From Microthyrium microscopicum (lineage: Eukaryota): a stretch of 64,000 nucleotides of DNA. The notes beneath the pieces were generated by a model. The model saw only the letters and a list, made by a program, of their open reading frames with translations, had not been told where the DNA came from and made no database searches. Shown piece after piece: positions 24,726 to 37,902 of the stretch. Both the position numbers and the translations under genes were made by a program. Location: contig MU004237.1 in assembly GCA_010405405.1 (NCBI GenBank), forward strand, positions 100,191 to 164,190. Direction: 5' to 3'. Each line of letters opens with the position of its first letter. Within the stretch, counting starts at the first letter, position 1.

Positions 24726-26293
24726 GCTTAATTTCTGGGCGGATATTATTCACAATGCCTGTAAAGCTAAAATAACGTACCTTACAGATCGTAGCTTACC
24801 GCCTTATCAAGTCGACAAAAACAACAAGCAAACACTTCGTTTCTTAACCGCGCATATATAGGCCAAAGAGACCTTGCCCAGCATTGAAAGACGGCGAGCC
24901 ATCGCTATCTCCTCCGTACTCATTCTCGATGTTTCTAATCAACTTCGATCACAGTTTTGGTCCTTAATTCGACATGTCAAAGCTCTCAGAATCCTTGATG
25001 TAGATCCCAGGGAACCTGGAATGGGTCGCGAGAGCATTTCCCATCGGCAGGATTTGGTTCTGGCAACAAGTGATAGCTTTCGACGCATCTGTAAAATAAA
25101 GTATGGTCCTGAAAAGTTTGCGAAGAGGAATCGCACCTTCAGCTTGTCAACGAAACTTTCAACGTCGGAAACAGTTATACCAAAATTCCTACTTCCGTTC
25201 ACCAATTTGATTTCGGCCCTTATTATGAGCTGAGGAAAGATATGCTTTGCCTGGGCCCTCTCTCCAAACTACTCTAGATGTATCTCCACTCTTTTGAGGT
25301 GCATAGAGCTTTTACCGTCTGGGACCTGGGTATCGATGTCTCTCAGCTCACAGATCGGGACTTCAGGGTCTATAAAGTTGCTGATTTGAGTCGGACGCTA
25401 GCCAAAGGAATAATCGGCTTGATGTGATGTGCTTCTTGGTTATTCTCGAAGAAGCAAGTGGTTCAGCTACATGCAGGCCTTATCAACAAGCTTATTTTTT
25501 CCATATCCGGGATCTCATGTGTATTGACAATTGTCGAGGAACGGCGAACCTTCTTCATATGAATTTAGAGGTCTTCGACAATAGAACTCACTGATAAGGC
25601 TGCCCTATGCTCGTTTGGACCATATCAAAGACCTCGAAATCAGGAACCGGCTACGATAGGCTGATAGCACTCCTGTTAAGTCACAGTGTACAACAAGAAA
25701 TACCTGTTTCTGCGCATCAAATATGCTGTCAGTTTTATTCCTGCTCGAATGATAACGCATGGCAAAATGTGCCATGAGAATGCCATAGTAGGCACAACCT
25801 CCAAGGCTAGATATTGACAATGACAACCCTGCACGTACCAGGCAAGGTATACGACCGGCCAGATCCAGCCGTCCCACCAAAAACATCTGACATAGGAAGC
25901 TGTCTACATTCTGTACTTCTCGACTCGGTCTGCCAGCGCGTCTGGGTGTGTCATCTAATCATATTGGCCATTGACCGCGAACCCCTCGCCATAATGCCTC
26001 CATTTCGCTTGCTTCCGGCGAAGTTGGGTGCTCATTCTTATCGCCTTTACGCTGCTAAACTGGCAGGTAGCCGTTGTGGTGAGCAACAAATGGTCCTAGC
26101 GGCGATCATATATTGCGGCTCGACGGTATCTATGTATGTTGATGCAGAGGACGGATGATTAGCAAGACGTATAATTGCTTTCATATTGGCCATCTTTGAC
26201 TTGTATCAACCTACAGTCTTTGTTCACGATACAACTACCACTTGTTGCTCGCGAAGGTCGTCTCGTAGCCTCGTTATCATACTGTCTTAGTTC

Positions 26294-27511
26294 ATGATGC
26301 GCATCACATTGCAGCTGCTGGTGGCTTCGCTGGCCCTTACGGCGGCCGCGAAGAAGTCGAAGAAGCCTAATGAGAACCACATTCCCTTTGATGTCAAGAT
26401 AGCCCATGTCGAAGGCACGGAGGTCACTGTGACTGTCACTAACAAGTGGAAGAAAGATGTCAATGTCTTCAAGCGCATGAACATTCTTGACTCCAATCCG
26501 GTACAGAAAGTCAACGTTACTCGTGCCGATGGTACGTGAAAGCATTTGTCTCTCCTCATGAACAACTATCTGACATGTTCCCAGGCACACCTGCTAGATT
26601 CATCGGCGCCCACGCGAGACTTAATACTGAAAAGCTGGACAAGGCCTCCTTCGATCACCTGGGTAGAAAGAAGTCGACCAAGATTACTTTCGATCTAAGT
26701 CACATATATGATCTCTCGGAAGGGGGGAAATTTGAAGTCCATGCTGAGGGCGGATTGCCCTGGGCCAAGAAGAAGAAGACTGATATCGTCGGGACGGCGC
26801 CATACAAGACAGAAAAATTGACTATCGATGTTGACAAAGAAGCGCTAGCAAGCAAAAAGACAATTAGCCAAAAGACAGTGATTCAAAGTGACTGCAGTGG
26901 AGATCGACTGGAACGTACAAGAGAAGCCAACGCCGTCTGTGCTATGCTGGCAACAATGGCAGGCTGGAGTGCTGTTAATGGGGATGCGGCCCAGTAAGTG
27001 ACTTGGTGCAATCGTTTCTTTTAGACCAGCTAGCTGACCGACTAGATTTGAGAGGTACTTCCGGACTCAGGATCCAAATATGCGACAACAGGTATCACGC
27101 CGCTTCTTCGCTGTGGCTGATGAGTGCTTGGGCAAGACCTCACTCAGCACAACACTTTGCAGCGATCAGCTGAACCTCTGCAAATCGGACTACATCAGCG
27201 TCACATACGGAACGCAAATAACTAACTGCGACATGTACTGGCGATTCCCAACCTTGAGCGATCAATGCCACTCATACGACCAAGCGACATTGACGATCCA
27301 TGAAACCACTCATGTAGACGGTCTTGACGAACCTAGCACCGTTGACTTCCAGAACAACTATGGCTGGCCAGCTTTGACCTATCTTACGCCGGAACAGGCT
27401 GTAACTAATGCTGCCAATTACCAATACTTCGCGAACGGTAAGCAAAAAGTCTCTACGAGAAAGGCTTTGACTAACTGTGTCGCAGCGATCTACGCTGGCG
27501 CCGACTGTTAA
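26294..27511 (+). CDS. Deuterolysin-like M35 metallopeptidase (neutral protease 2), secreted, 4 exons
   Basis: Signal peptide and pro-region; mature domain with conserved Cys; DQATLTIHETTH (HExxH) followed by STVDFQNNYG (variant of GTxDxxYG); introns about 26532-26584, 26994-27046 and 27438-27485. Confidence 0.85.
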
Positions 27512-28795
27512 TTGCCAGAGACATGATTTCTAATGACTCAATTTCTTACGCTCGTTCACGCATTTCATTTTAGATTTTTCGACCTCATTCGCTTTAGATC
27601 ACCGGTAATGAGCTCCGCGTTGATTGGGTATAGCCTGGTGCAGCCGAATATATTGAGCAGCACGATTGGGATGGTTTCTGATACGTAGACTATCGAATCC
27701 AGTATTGATAATGAGAATAATACCCATTCCCTTCTTTGATCTCGAACATTTCCTTGCGGTCAAAGTTGTTGCCACCAGTTCAATTCTCTTCAAGTGATAT
27801 AAGTACTCCAAGGTGACAATCAGTACTCATGTCCTGACAAAATTGTTTAGTCCAAATGTCAGACGGTGCCTAGATCTCAAAAAGAAGCCTTCCAGTCTCG
27901 TCACTAGTATTGTCTTGTGTAGCCGGGGGTTGTCCTCTGATTAAGAAACTTCGTTGCTCGGAACTTGTCGCTAGAGCTAAGGTTCTTCAAGAGCATAAAG
28001 GCTTAAGATATGTTTAGGCAGCAAGATAGAGCCGCTATTTGGTGAAGAAAAACTCATGGTCTAATTTCTCGTGATAATAATGCGCAGTGACTTATTATAT
28101 GTCGAATATATCGCAACGTAATGATGGCTCAGCCACATAGCTATGCATATGCGTCCTGCATGTCGCAGCGAACCACAGAGCGCGAGTCATGGCATTGCAA
28201 ACCGGCATGGTGAACTTAAACATTAGTGCCACATGTTTTGTTTCTGTTTGTTTGCATGGACAACGGCGACACAAGGAAATACATAACAGGTCCTGTATAA
28301 GTGGGCATCTGAAAGCTGATATTCATGCAATTTTAGAATACGCTCTCAAGTCCTTCAGCAATTACCATATGCTGACTGCGAGCACTATAACCAGTGGCGG
28401 TTGTGAACGGTGGAGGAGCTTAGTGCTTCGAGTATATGAACGGCCCCAACACGGTCAGCTACATTGAGGCTCTGCGCCACAACGGCAACAGAGTGCTTGC
28501 CGATCGAAAATATTAAATAAAATCCTGGTGGGTAAGAGTTCGGCGCGATGCCATTTGCTTCCGCGACTAACAGAGCGGATTGACAAGATGCCGGGGATTA
28601 GGAGAGACGTTGATTCGATGTTATGGCTCCGAATAAAAGGAGAAGTTTTCATATTTCGAGTTTTCTGTACGGGCGCCAAACCGAAGGAGTTACTTGAAAC
28701 CTGTGGATAGTGAATGGTCTGCAGAGCACCAGCTCTCGCATCAACGAGAGGTCGTTAATATTGGTTTTTGGCGCTAACTGGTTAAAGTTACGCGC

Positions 28796-28860
28796 GGCGC
28801 CACGAGAAAGGAGCGTGCGGGAGACTCCCGCGTGGCTGTCTCGTGGCGTCCAAACTTGGA
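28796..28860 (+). other. GC-rich nested inverted repeat (65-nt stem-loop)
   Basis: GGCGCCACGAGA (28796-28807) pairs with TCTCGTGGCGTC (28849-28860); inner CGTGCGGGAG-A-CTCCCGCGTG. Confidence 0.7.
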
Positions 28861-30073
28861 AGTCGCGATGCGCTCGTAGCTCGTGACTGCCTCAGCATTG
28901 ATAAACATCAGAGCATCAAGGACAGTGCTGCTATTGTCTATCTTTGATCTAAAGCTTATTCATTTGTGAGTGTTGCATTGCCACCTAGATGAATGTAACA
29001 ACGGGCCGTTGAAGACGCTACTAACTACCACGCTCATATAATGAAGATCTTAAATAGAGTTGATGTTTCGAATCGGTCCAAAAAAGAACAAAAGAGGTAT
29101 CTCTGACAGGGGAAAGGAAAGAAATCGAGGGATGTGGGAGTGACGGGGTTGCGATAACTCAATCTTTGGCCAGGCCGGCCTAGCTTCGCTCATCAATATC
29201 CAGAGGTTGATCTTTGAAGGCCAGAAAGTGAAGGTCTTCAAACGCGCACTCTGGCCAATCAAAATCCATAGAAAGGATATTGAACGCGTGCGGAGCTTTG
29301 TGGCGGTGTGGACCCAGCTCATCTGTGGGCTCATGCAGGGGCAACTTCAAGAATTAGAAACGAAACTTTGATGCCCCAGACGTTGTTCACGCTTTGATGC
29401 CGAGCCTGCTGGCCACTCGATGCAGCTCTTCACCTTTCATTTGCTGGCTTCAGAACATTTTGCTACCATTGTTTGAGAGAAATCATTCACAATATGTGAG
29501 ACTCTCTGATAGCCCATTGGCCATGAGTTTCTGGTGGACAGACCTCCTGGAATCATGTCAGTCTTTGCTGCCTGTTCCTGCTTCTCAGCTCATCAAGAAT
29601 GATATTGATTTCGTTGGTTAATGGCAGTCTATTCTGCTACTATGGGCAGGGGCGCTAGAATTGCCATCATTGTCGATCGTCGTGACCTCCACCTCACTCA
29701 ACACCTCGCCTTGATTTAAGTATGAGGTGACATCCACTTCGCAAAGTATATTTTTTATCACAGTTGATCTGGGTTCGCATTTTGCTCTTTTGTGCCATCA
29801 TTTCTCACACGTTTGCCGGTCAACCTTCATTTCACTATTCAACAGGACAGGCTTCTTTGTTCCGATTCACACACTCTCTGAACTCAAACACTATTGACTT
29901 TCATTGTCCTTCAGCAAAGTCGTTCTAACACTCCTTTCTGGCACAACGCAATTCAGGCTGCTCCAACACTCCAGGTCCTTCACCAACAACACCAGAGGAT
30001 ATTTAAAGCACTCTGGAATCTTTCCTCTATTCAATTCAAACCAACTTTTTCAACGATTCTGGCAATCGACAAA

Positions 30074-31216
30074 ATGCTTTCCTACACTGCAATCTTTGGC
30101 GCTGCCGCGCTCTTCTTCAACACAGTCAATGGCCACATGATCATGGCCAGCCCGGTTCCAGCTGGAATGCCAAACAACTCACCTCTTGACCAAAGCGGTT
30201 CCGACTTTCCCTGCAAGATCTCTGCCAGCACGCCACTTACTATCAAGACCGTCACGCCCATGTCTGTCGGCGCATCGCAAAAACTATCATTCACTGGATC
30301 AGCCGTACACGGCGGTGGTTCTTGTCAACTCTCCCTAACTCCCGGCTATACACCAACGGCCAAGTCGTCCTTCAAGGTCATTTATTCCATCATGGGAGGC
30401 TGTCCAGGTACTGATGGCGGCGGGGTTAACTATGACTTCAAGGTACCTGCTGAAGTCCCCAATGGCAACTACACTCTAGCTTGGACCTGGTTCAACAAGA
30501 TTGGCAACCGCGAGATGTACATGAACTGCGCACCCATTAGTGTTTCTGGTGGTGCCAAGGACCAAACTCAATACAACCAACTACCCGACATGGCCGTCTA
30601 CAACTTGAACAATCAAAATAGTTGCAAGACGACTGAAAGTGTTGATGTGCAATTCCCGAACCCTGGCAAGTACGTCACCACTGGTGCTGCCTTCAAGCCT
30701 GGTCCACCCGTAGGCACTGGTTGCGGCGTGTCCAATGCTGCCAATGGTTCTTCAGGATCAGCTCCATCAGCCGCTGGTAGTGCTTCTGGCTCAAGTCCAT
30801 CTGCTGCTGCAGGCGCAGGTTCTCCCGCTAGCTCTGCCAACAATGGACAATACACTGGTGTTGGCGCAGCCTCATCGGCAGCCGCTGCAGCTGCACCAAC
30901 TGCCACATCATTCCAAACGCTCACCACAACCGCTGTCTCGGCCGCTTCTGCTGTGCCCGCTGCTGCTGGAGGTTTCAATAGCACCGGCTCAGCTACATCT
31001 GCCGCCCCTGCCTCAGCTGGTTCAAGCTCGGCAAGCCCTGGAACTGGCGGTGGATCAGCCTGTGGATCTGATGGTGCCGTTGTCTGCTCTACGGACGGTA
31101 GTCAATATGGTCTATGCAACTTTGGTCGCGTCATCATGATGCCTGTGGCCGCTGGCACGAAGTGCTCTGGCGGCGCGATTATGCGACGAAGCCGATTTGC
31201 CATGTTCCGTATCTAG
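30074..31216 (+). CDS. AA11 lytic polysaccharide monooxygenase (chitin-active family) with linker and C-terminal Cys module (X278-like)
   Basis: Signal peptide ending ...TVNG then His1 (HMIM); NSPL..SGSDFPCK; GSAVHGGGSCQLSL; SIMGGCP; LAWTWFNKIGNREMYMNCAPI; Ala/Ser linker; CGSDGAVVC...YGLCNFG...VAAGTKC. True start is the ATG at 30074, not the TTG at 29894. Confidence 0.9.
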   Translation: MLSYTAIFGAAALFFNTVNGHMIMASPVPAGMPNNSPLDQSGSDFPCKISASTPLTIKTVTPMSVGASQKLSFTGSAVHGGGSCQLSLTPGYTPTAKSSFKVIYSIMGGCPGTDGGGVNYDFKVPAEVPNGNYTLAWTWFNKIGNREMYMNCAPISVSGGAKDQTQYNQLPDMAVYNLNNQNSCKTTESVDVQFPNPGKYVTTGAAFKPGPPVGTGCGVSNAANGSSGSAPSAAGSASGSSPSAAAGAGSPASSANNGQYTGVGAASSAAAAAAPTATSFQTLTTTAVSAASAVPAAAGGFNSTGSATSAAPASAGSSSASPGTGGGSACGSDGAVVCSTDGSQYGLCNFGRVIMMPVAAGTKCSGGAIMRRSRFAMFRI

Positions 31217-32584
31217 ACGTGTATAGGTAGATATGGTGTCTGTACTTATTTCTTTGTACAAATTTTGGGATGGATGTCTTGAGATCCTCTTCTGTATACC
31301 TCTTGGTACCCACTAGGCTGCACCATTCTCAGTAGGAATGATGCGGCTATGTTTATGATGCATGGCCGGTGTTTTGGAGTTGACGCACAAAGAGCAGATA
31401 TTGCTCGGCGTCCTTGTATATCACAGATTAAAAATAGAAAGATTGTTCAGACTTCAAAACTGCATCAACGCTGAGTAGAGACTCAGTACTCTGTGACATA
31501 TTGCGAGCAGATCGGATATTAAGTACCAGGTTTTTCGCTCCTATCGCTTCGTCTGCGATTAACACACCATTGATCCAAGCCATACCGCCGTTTCCTCATT
31601 GTCTAGTAGCTGAGTGGCCGCCAAAACATAACTTGAAATCATATCGAACAGAAAAGTATTTTAGTTTAAGATTTCGCTGACTTGGCTTCACAATTGACGA
31701 AATCAACTTCAACTTGCGTGTATTGTCCTTTTACTTATTGATTCATACTGGAGAATAGAGCACATTTTACTACAGTCTACCATTAAAGACAAGAAATGAA
31801 CTTACCTAACATAACTTGTTGTACTGCCCATTTAGTAGACATATGTACAAGTTTGGCCAATCATATGTAACAGCCTCGCGCTGATGGCGCCCAAAAGTGA
31901 TGTATGAACACGGCTATTATTGTTACCTGTGTAGGTGATCAGAATTTAGCCGCCGATCCTCGAAATATACCTATCAGAGATAATTAGATAATGCTTTGCT
32001 TTGTTTTTTGAGCTCGTACTGCATGTCTTTTCCTCACAGAAGGCTTTCGAGTGCTGGATGCCTTCTCATTAATGTTGTACGGTTCACAGCCCGAATATTC
32101 CAAATAGTGCCTCTGCCTAGTACCTACCTTAGGTACCTACCTATGGTTCATTGCATCTTACCCGCTCGCAGTCTTTTGTATAGAAACAAATGTTGCGATT
32201 ATACCAAGTCCTGCAGCTTACGCGCTTATCATGGATATCTCGCAGCCTATCAGAACGTCTTCTTCGTCCTATACAGGTTCCAAACGCCACATCCAGACGC
32301 TTGTATTTCGTCTGTGGTTCTTCATTTTCAGCGGCACGGTAATGCTACATAATGATCCTTTCTTTCCAGCCGCCTAGAATATTCGTCTATTCGATGATGC
32401 ACCATTTCATCCCCTATCGCACTCGGATTTTCAATCGTTCATACATATAATTCTTTCTTTTGTTGTATCATATCTCGCCATCATATCTTGACTCCTGGTT
32501 GATGTTATATCTATTCTTTGAATGGAAACTTAATCAGTTGACTTTTCACTATTAGCATACCAGCGCCCAACTTCTGCACAAACA

Positions 32585-34798
32585 ATGGTCAGAGAAAATG
32601 AACCATCAAGGCACTACTCTCAAGCCGTTTCTCCGTTGGCCAAATCGTCATTTGAACGCCAGTACATTTCCGAAATTGCTATCTCACAAGACTGGGAATC
32701 AAATACTCATTCTGTTGATCAGAAGCCTCAACTTCAAACCTTTTCAGCCTGCTTAAAACCATGGTTATTCGAAATCGTCAGTTTAGTCATTTGCGGCGGT
32801 ATTATCATTGCTTCAGTTGTCCTCTTGAGCAAATACAACGGTCAACCTCTGCCAGAGTGGCCTCAGGGAATCACACTAAACACTGTCCTGTCCTTATTTG
32901 CCACAGCTTTGAAAGCTCTACTTCTCATGGCAGTAGCAGAAGGTTCGTCAACGAGTCATTTGGCCATATGTTGTTTAATCATACTTGTAGGCATTGGTCA
33001 ACTAAAATGGGTTGATTTCCTCACTCCACAGAAGCTTTCTCACCTTGGCCGCTTTGACGACTCGAGTCGCGGAATCTGGGGATGCATGCGGATCTTATGG
33101 TTTATGGGATTCAAGTATGAACACCAAAATTGTTGGAGTATCGGCTGATTATTGAAAAGACATGTTGTCGTCCTCGGAGCTATCATTACACTCGTTAGCA
33201 CAGTAATCGGTCCATTCACCCAACAATCCATCAACTACCGCTACTGTCAGCAGCCTGTTGATTCCGCTACTTCATCAGCAATGGTTTCCCGAGCTCGATA
33301 TCTAGCTCCTTATGTTGCAGGTCAGCTTGAGGATACAGATCTTACTCCGTTATCTTTCAGAGGTAGTGCAATCGAAGGCTTCATCTCCCCCAACCGAGAG
33401 AACAACGCTGTAGCTTTCAACTGTCCCAGCGGAAATTGCACTTATCCGGTACATTCTTCTTTAGCCATGTGTTCCTCGTGCAGGAACGCGGTCTACCAAC
33501 TACAACACCAATGCGGAAATGGCACTTGCAATTCTTTATTCCCTGGCGGCATAGCTGTGGGCAACACAGAATCAGTTCCTGGCATTGAGTATATCCTCAT
33601 GTCAGCAGATACTGGATTCCCGGAAATTGATACTCCCAGTATACCACCAGTGGCGACGGTTGGCGTGACTTATTATACGACCTCACCGTGCACGGAAGAC
33701 TGGGTGCATAATGGCACTCGCCACAATGACACTGACTGTATATCAGCGTCGACAGCGTACGGGGACGATAAGATACAGCAAATCAAGTCTAGGCTCCTTC
33801 TTAATAGTAGCCTGACATGGCCAAACATAGGAGCTAGTATCTGCAAGATTGACTGGTGCGTTCAAAATTTCGAACCTGTTGTTAGCAACGGTACATTCAC
33901 CGAAACTACTTCGGTCAGTTCAGTCCAGATACAACGGATCCCTACCACAACCGACTCTGGCGACTTTGTCTTCGTACCAGAGCCTTGCTTCTTGAATGGG
34001 ACTTCTCATTCCTTGGATCAAATTACTATTAACCGGACGGACAATCCTAGTTATGTCACTCTTGCGCAAAATCGTGCCGTACTGAGTGATTGCGTATATC
34101 GAATTGATGAGACGTTTCGCTCTGCGACTGTGCAATATTTCGCGAGCGGAAACCTTTTTGGCAGCTGGGAAATATCTGTCCTGAATGGTACAGCAGAGCT
34201 TGGATCCATGGGAGATGCTCGTTTCATCAATGAGACTACACCTGTCTTCAAGTAAGCTAATCTTTCCTACTCCGACCAAGGAACAATGAACCCATGCCCG
34301 TACTACTTGGCACAAAGTCCAGTCGGCCGTCCTGTGGAAGTCAACAGCTAATCATTTCGACTTAGTCCAATTTGGCTTCAGCCGCTTTTCAGCGCTGGCA
34401 ACGCCAACCTCGCCACGATCAATCAGACCATCGCCACCCTATCTCAGACGCTAACAACATATCTCCGTAGTCACGGAAATAATAGTGACAATGCTGTTGG
34501 CACCGTTTACACAAACAAGTCCTGTGTTCACATTGCCTGGGCATGGCTAGCTCTTCCGGCTGCAGTGACCTTTTTCACTTGTATTTTCCTTGCAATCGTT
34601 GTACTTCAAAGTCGACATCTGGGAGCCGCATGTGCTTGGAAATCAAGTCCATTCGCACTGGCCCTCCAAGACCTTAATCAGGAAGCTAAAGACCAAATTG
34701 GTATAGGACTTAGTGACAACACTGTTTTCGAAAAGACCGCTAATATGCGTATTCTGCTGGTTCAGGATGGAGAGAATGTAAGACTAAAACAAGACTAG
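32585..34798 (+). CDS. DUF3176-like membrane protein, 4 exons
   Basis: WLFEIVSL, YNGQPLPEWPQGITLNTVLS, IGQLKW, FDDSSRGIWG, GPFTQQ, CPSGNCT, CVHIAWAWLALP, WKSS motifs; introns about 32943-32990, 33115-33159 and 34252-34366. Confidence 0.8.
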
Positions 34799-36808
34799 AG
34801 TGTTACATTTGGATGATTATGTTTTGAAAGAAATCTCAGTTCTCAATCTCGTCATCTTTGTTCCATTTGAGTGGATAGATTTGGGCCGGGCCTTCCTCTA
34901 CTGGAGAACTCACTTCGTTCACTTTTGAAGGATAGTCCCTCGGATGCAAAGTGGGCTTGGACTGCGGCCGAACTATGCAGCAAAGTCCTTTTCCCTCTTA
35001 AGAGAAAATCGACGCTCCACTGAACATCTAGTGAACTGGATGGTGATTGAGCGGAACGAGGCTGATGCAATACTTTCAACAAAGATACTCTGCTGCTGGA
35101 TTGTATTGTCTGTGAGGCAATCTTCTTGGACAATTGCGTTAGTGGCAGTTGAAACTGCACAAGATCGGTATCTGCACCAGAACATACTGACCTCCATGTT
35201 TTCGGAATTACCGAGTTCAAGAAGCACTTCGTTGTCTAGCCTATCGGCCGGCTCCAGAACGCTGCATGGGGGACGTACATATGCAAAGCCAAATTGAGGC
35301 GAATGGAATGAAGAAAATCACCATGTGCCAACTGGAAGCACCACTTTCGATTAAACGCTCTTATCAGTAGGAGGAGAAATGGCAATACAAATGCACATCA
35401 CCAGGTCTGCTCCATGTCCGTAGAAGAATGAAGCACAAAGTCTAGTGGGATGGGAACATTAATCATTGAAGGTTTGGGGAGACTTGTCAAGCAGAATTTG
35501 ACCAATGATATTCTTGAGTGATATTTCTATACCATGAGCTGTTCGTTCCGCATAAAGGAGAAATGTAGATAGAGGCTATCAAGGCACCCCTGAGCATAAC
35601 TGCGGCATATTATAGGTGGGGACCAATTGACACTGTCTAGAATCAAGCTTTAGCCAATGAAGCTATCAAATTTTTCGAGCTCTCCATGCATTCGCAGGGG
35701 GAGCTTCAATCGTGTCGTGTTGTCAGACGCTCATGCTGAAATGATACGCATCACACATGCTTTTCATCGCCGCGCTGCTCACCGCCGCCCTACAAGCTTT
35801 TCGGGGAATAAACTTTTTGGTATATCCGCGCTTGTAGCATTTCTAGACTCAGCCTGACAAGGAGCCGCATCTCCATCAGCCGGGAATCTGGTAGCGAGAA
35901 CCGGCGAAGGTAACCTCGGTGCTCTGATTCTTATTGAAACAATCAATTATCGATAGTCCCCAGGGCATCAAGATTCGGATTCTAACAAAGTTGACAACTA
36001 AATGTCGCCATTCGATAAATGCCGTAGTATCAACCTGTACTTCTCCATTCGTGAAGCAAGAAGTGGTCACAATGGAATGATACTTAGAGAAAAGATCGTC
36101 TGAGGGATTATTTAAAGCCAGTAATCGAGGCTGATCTTGCTTCGTTAGAAATGTGAAAGATTATTGAAAGAATTTCTATGGAACACGAAGACGCACGCTG
36201 TGCTGTCGGTCTGCTCACGCCTTTTGAGCCGTCAAAATACAACAGCGCCTTCCATGTTCTTGCCTCTTGGAGCCGCCTGCCACTTGAACAATTATGGTAT
36301 GGGAGAAAGAACAGCTCACTGAGCGTCGAAAATCTCCTTGGGGAACCCTGGCGCACCTGCATATCATATGTACCTTTCTGCAATAGAAGCAGAGCTATTA
36401 TGGCGACTGCCAACTACTGCTAATTCGTCCTAGATTGGCCCCTTTTGTCTGGTTAGAATTGTACCAGATACTGATCCAAGCCCATTGAAGACGTAGTCGC
36501 CTCTGTAGTCGCCTTGCGCCGTAACTCTTTGCGGGTCCGAGTCTGGAGTTGACTTGGTCTCGAAGTTGTTCAATCAAACGGCTATTGATAAGCTTGGGAT
36601 TGAGTTATGATTCGGCCACTGTATCCTCTACTGGCCATCGTCTATTTAATTCCAAAGGGAATCCTATCTGATTTCTGATATTCCTGAGAGCAATTGTTTG
36701 CTTCACCAAGTTTGTTCGATATAATATCTCTTACCTCTGTTTGGACCTGCAACGCCTGTGGCTTCACCCTGATAATACTTCCTTTGATCTTCAAGGTTAT
36801 CCTTCCTT

Positions 36809-37902
36809 ATGGCTTCCAAGACTGAAGTAGAGATCCTGGAGCGAAGAGACAGTAATCCAGCGACCCTTGTGGAGCGTCCGACAGTATCTTCCTTCGACTC
36901 TTTCAACCAGTCCGCTCCTCATCCAGCTTCAGCTAAGGCACCCACCCTGTTCCAGCAAGCTGTTTCAGAGTTCTTCGGAACCTTCGTGTTTCTACTGTTC
37001 TCACTGGGGGTCATCGCTCAAGTGGTTCTTAGCAAGACAACAAAGGGAGATTATACCACCTTGTGCTTAGGATGGGGGTAAGAGCCCACCACATTCGTTG
37101 GACCATAGCGAGGGCTAACATTTGACGTACAGCGTAGGAATAATGTTAGGTGCCTATACCGCTGTGCGGTCTGGAGGGCATCTTAACCCAGCTGTCACAC
37201 TTTCAGTATGCCTATATCGTTCGTTTCCCTGGAGAAAGCTACCAGTGTACATGCTGGCCCAGACCCTAGGCGCTTTTTGTGCCGCCGCAGTGATATATGG
37301 CAACTACAAATCGGCAATTGATACCTTCGAGGGTGTGGGCATTCGAACTGCCCCTGGATTCTCTGACCACAGTACGGCTGGTATCTTCGCAACATTCCCA
37401 GCACCTTTCATGTCCACCACTGGAGCTTTCTTTTCCGAGTTCTTTGCCTCTGCCATGCTCATGTTCTGTATCTTCATCCTTCAAGATGCTCGTCATGCGC
37501 TGGGAGCCTTCATACCAGTCGCCTTGGCCATGGTCTTTATCGGCATTAGCGCATGCTTTGGTTGGGAAAGTGGTTTTGCCATCAACTTTGCCAGGGATTT
37601 CGGCCCTAGATGCTTCTTGAGCATGGTAGGCTATGGCAAACAAGTTTGGGTGTCCAATAACTACTATTTCTGGGTAAGTTGGCAGTGATTCACAGCATGT
37701 TCCCGACTGACCATTTCTCTAGATCCCAATGGTAGCACCTTTCTGCGGGTGTGCTTTCGGTGGCCTTGTATTTGATTTATTCTTGAATGATAGCGAGAAG
37801 GTTCCCGTGAAAGCTCGCTGGACGAGACTCGTTGCACTCAAATGGTGTGATCTGCGTAGAAATACATCGCAGCAGAGTATTGGGACCGTTGAGATGGTAT
37901 AA
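36809..37902 (+). CDS. Aquaglyceroporin (MIP family), 3 exons
   Basis: SEFFGTF, SGGHLNPAVT, TAGIFATFP, FFSEF, GWESGFAINFARDFGPR (Asp after the second box, GlpF type), YFW/IPMVAPFCG; introns 37078-37132 and 37674-37722. Confidence 0.9.

Noticed and set aside
24874..25400. Short ORFs downstream of the HET gene
   Set aside because: No recognisable domain or consistent splice structure; possibly a decayed gene but not supportable.
29894..30073. 60-aa N-terminal extension of the LPMO in the ORF track
   Set aside because: It starts at TTG; the signal peptide and His1 position require the ATG at 30074.
34852..35500. Overlapping short ORFs after the DUF3176-like gene
   Set aside because: Interrupted by stops; no family signature recognised.
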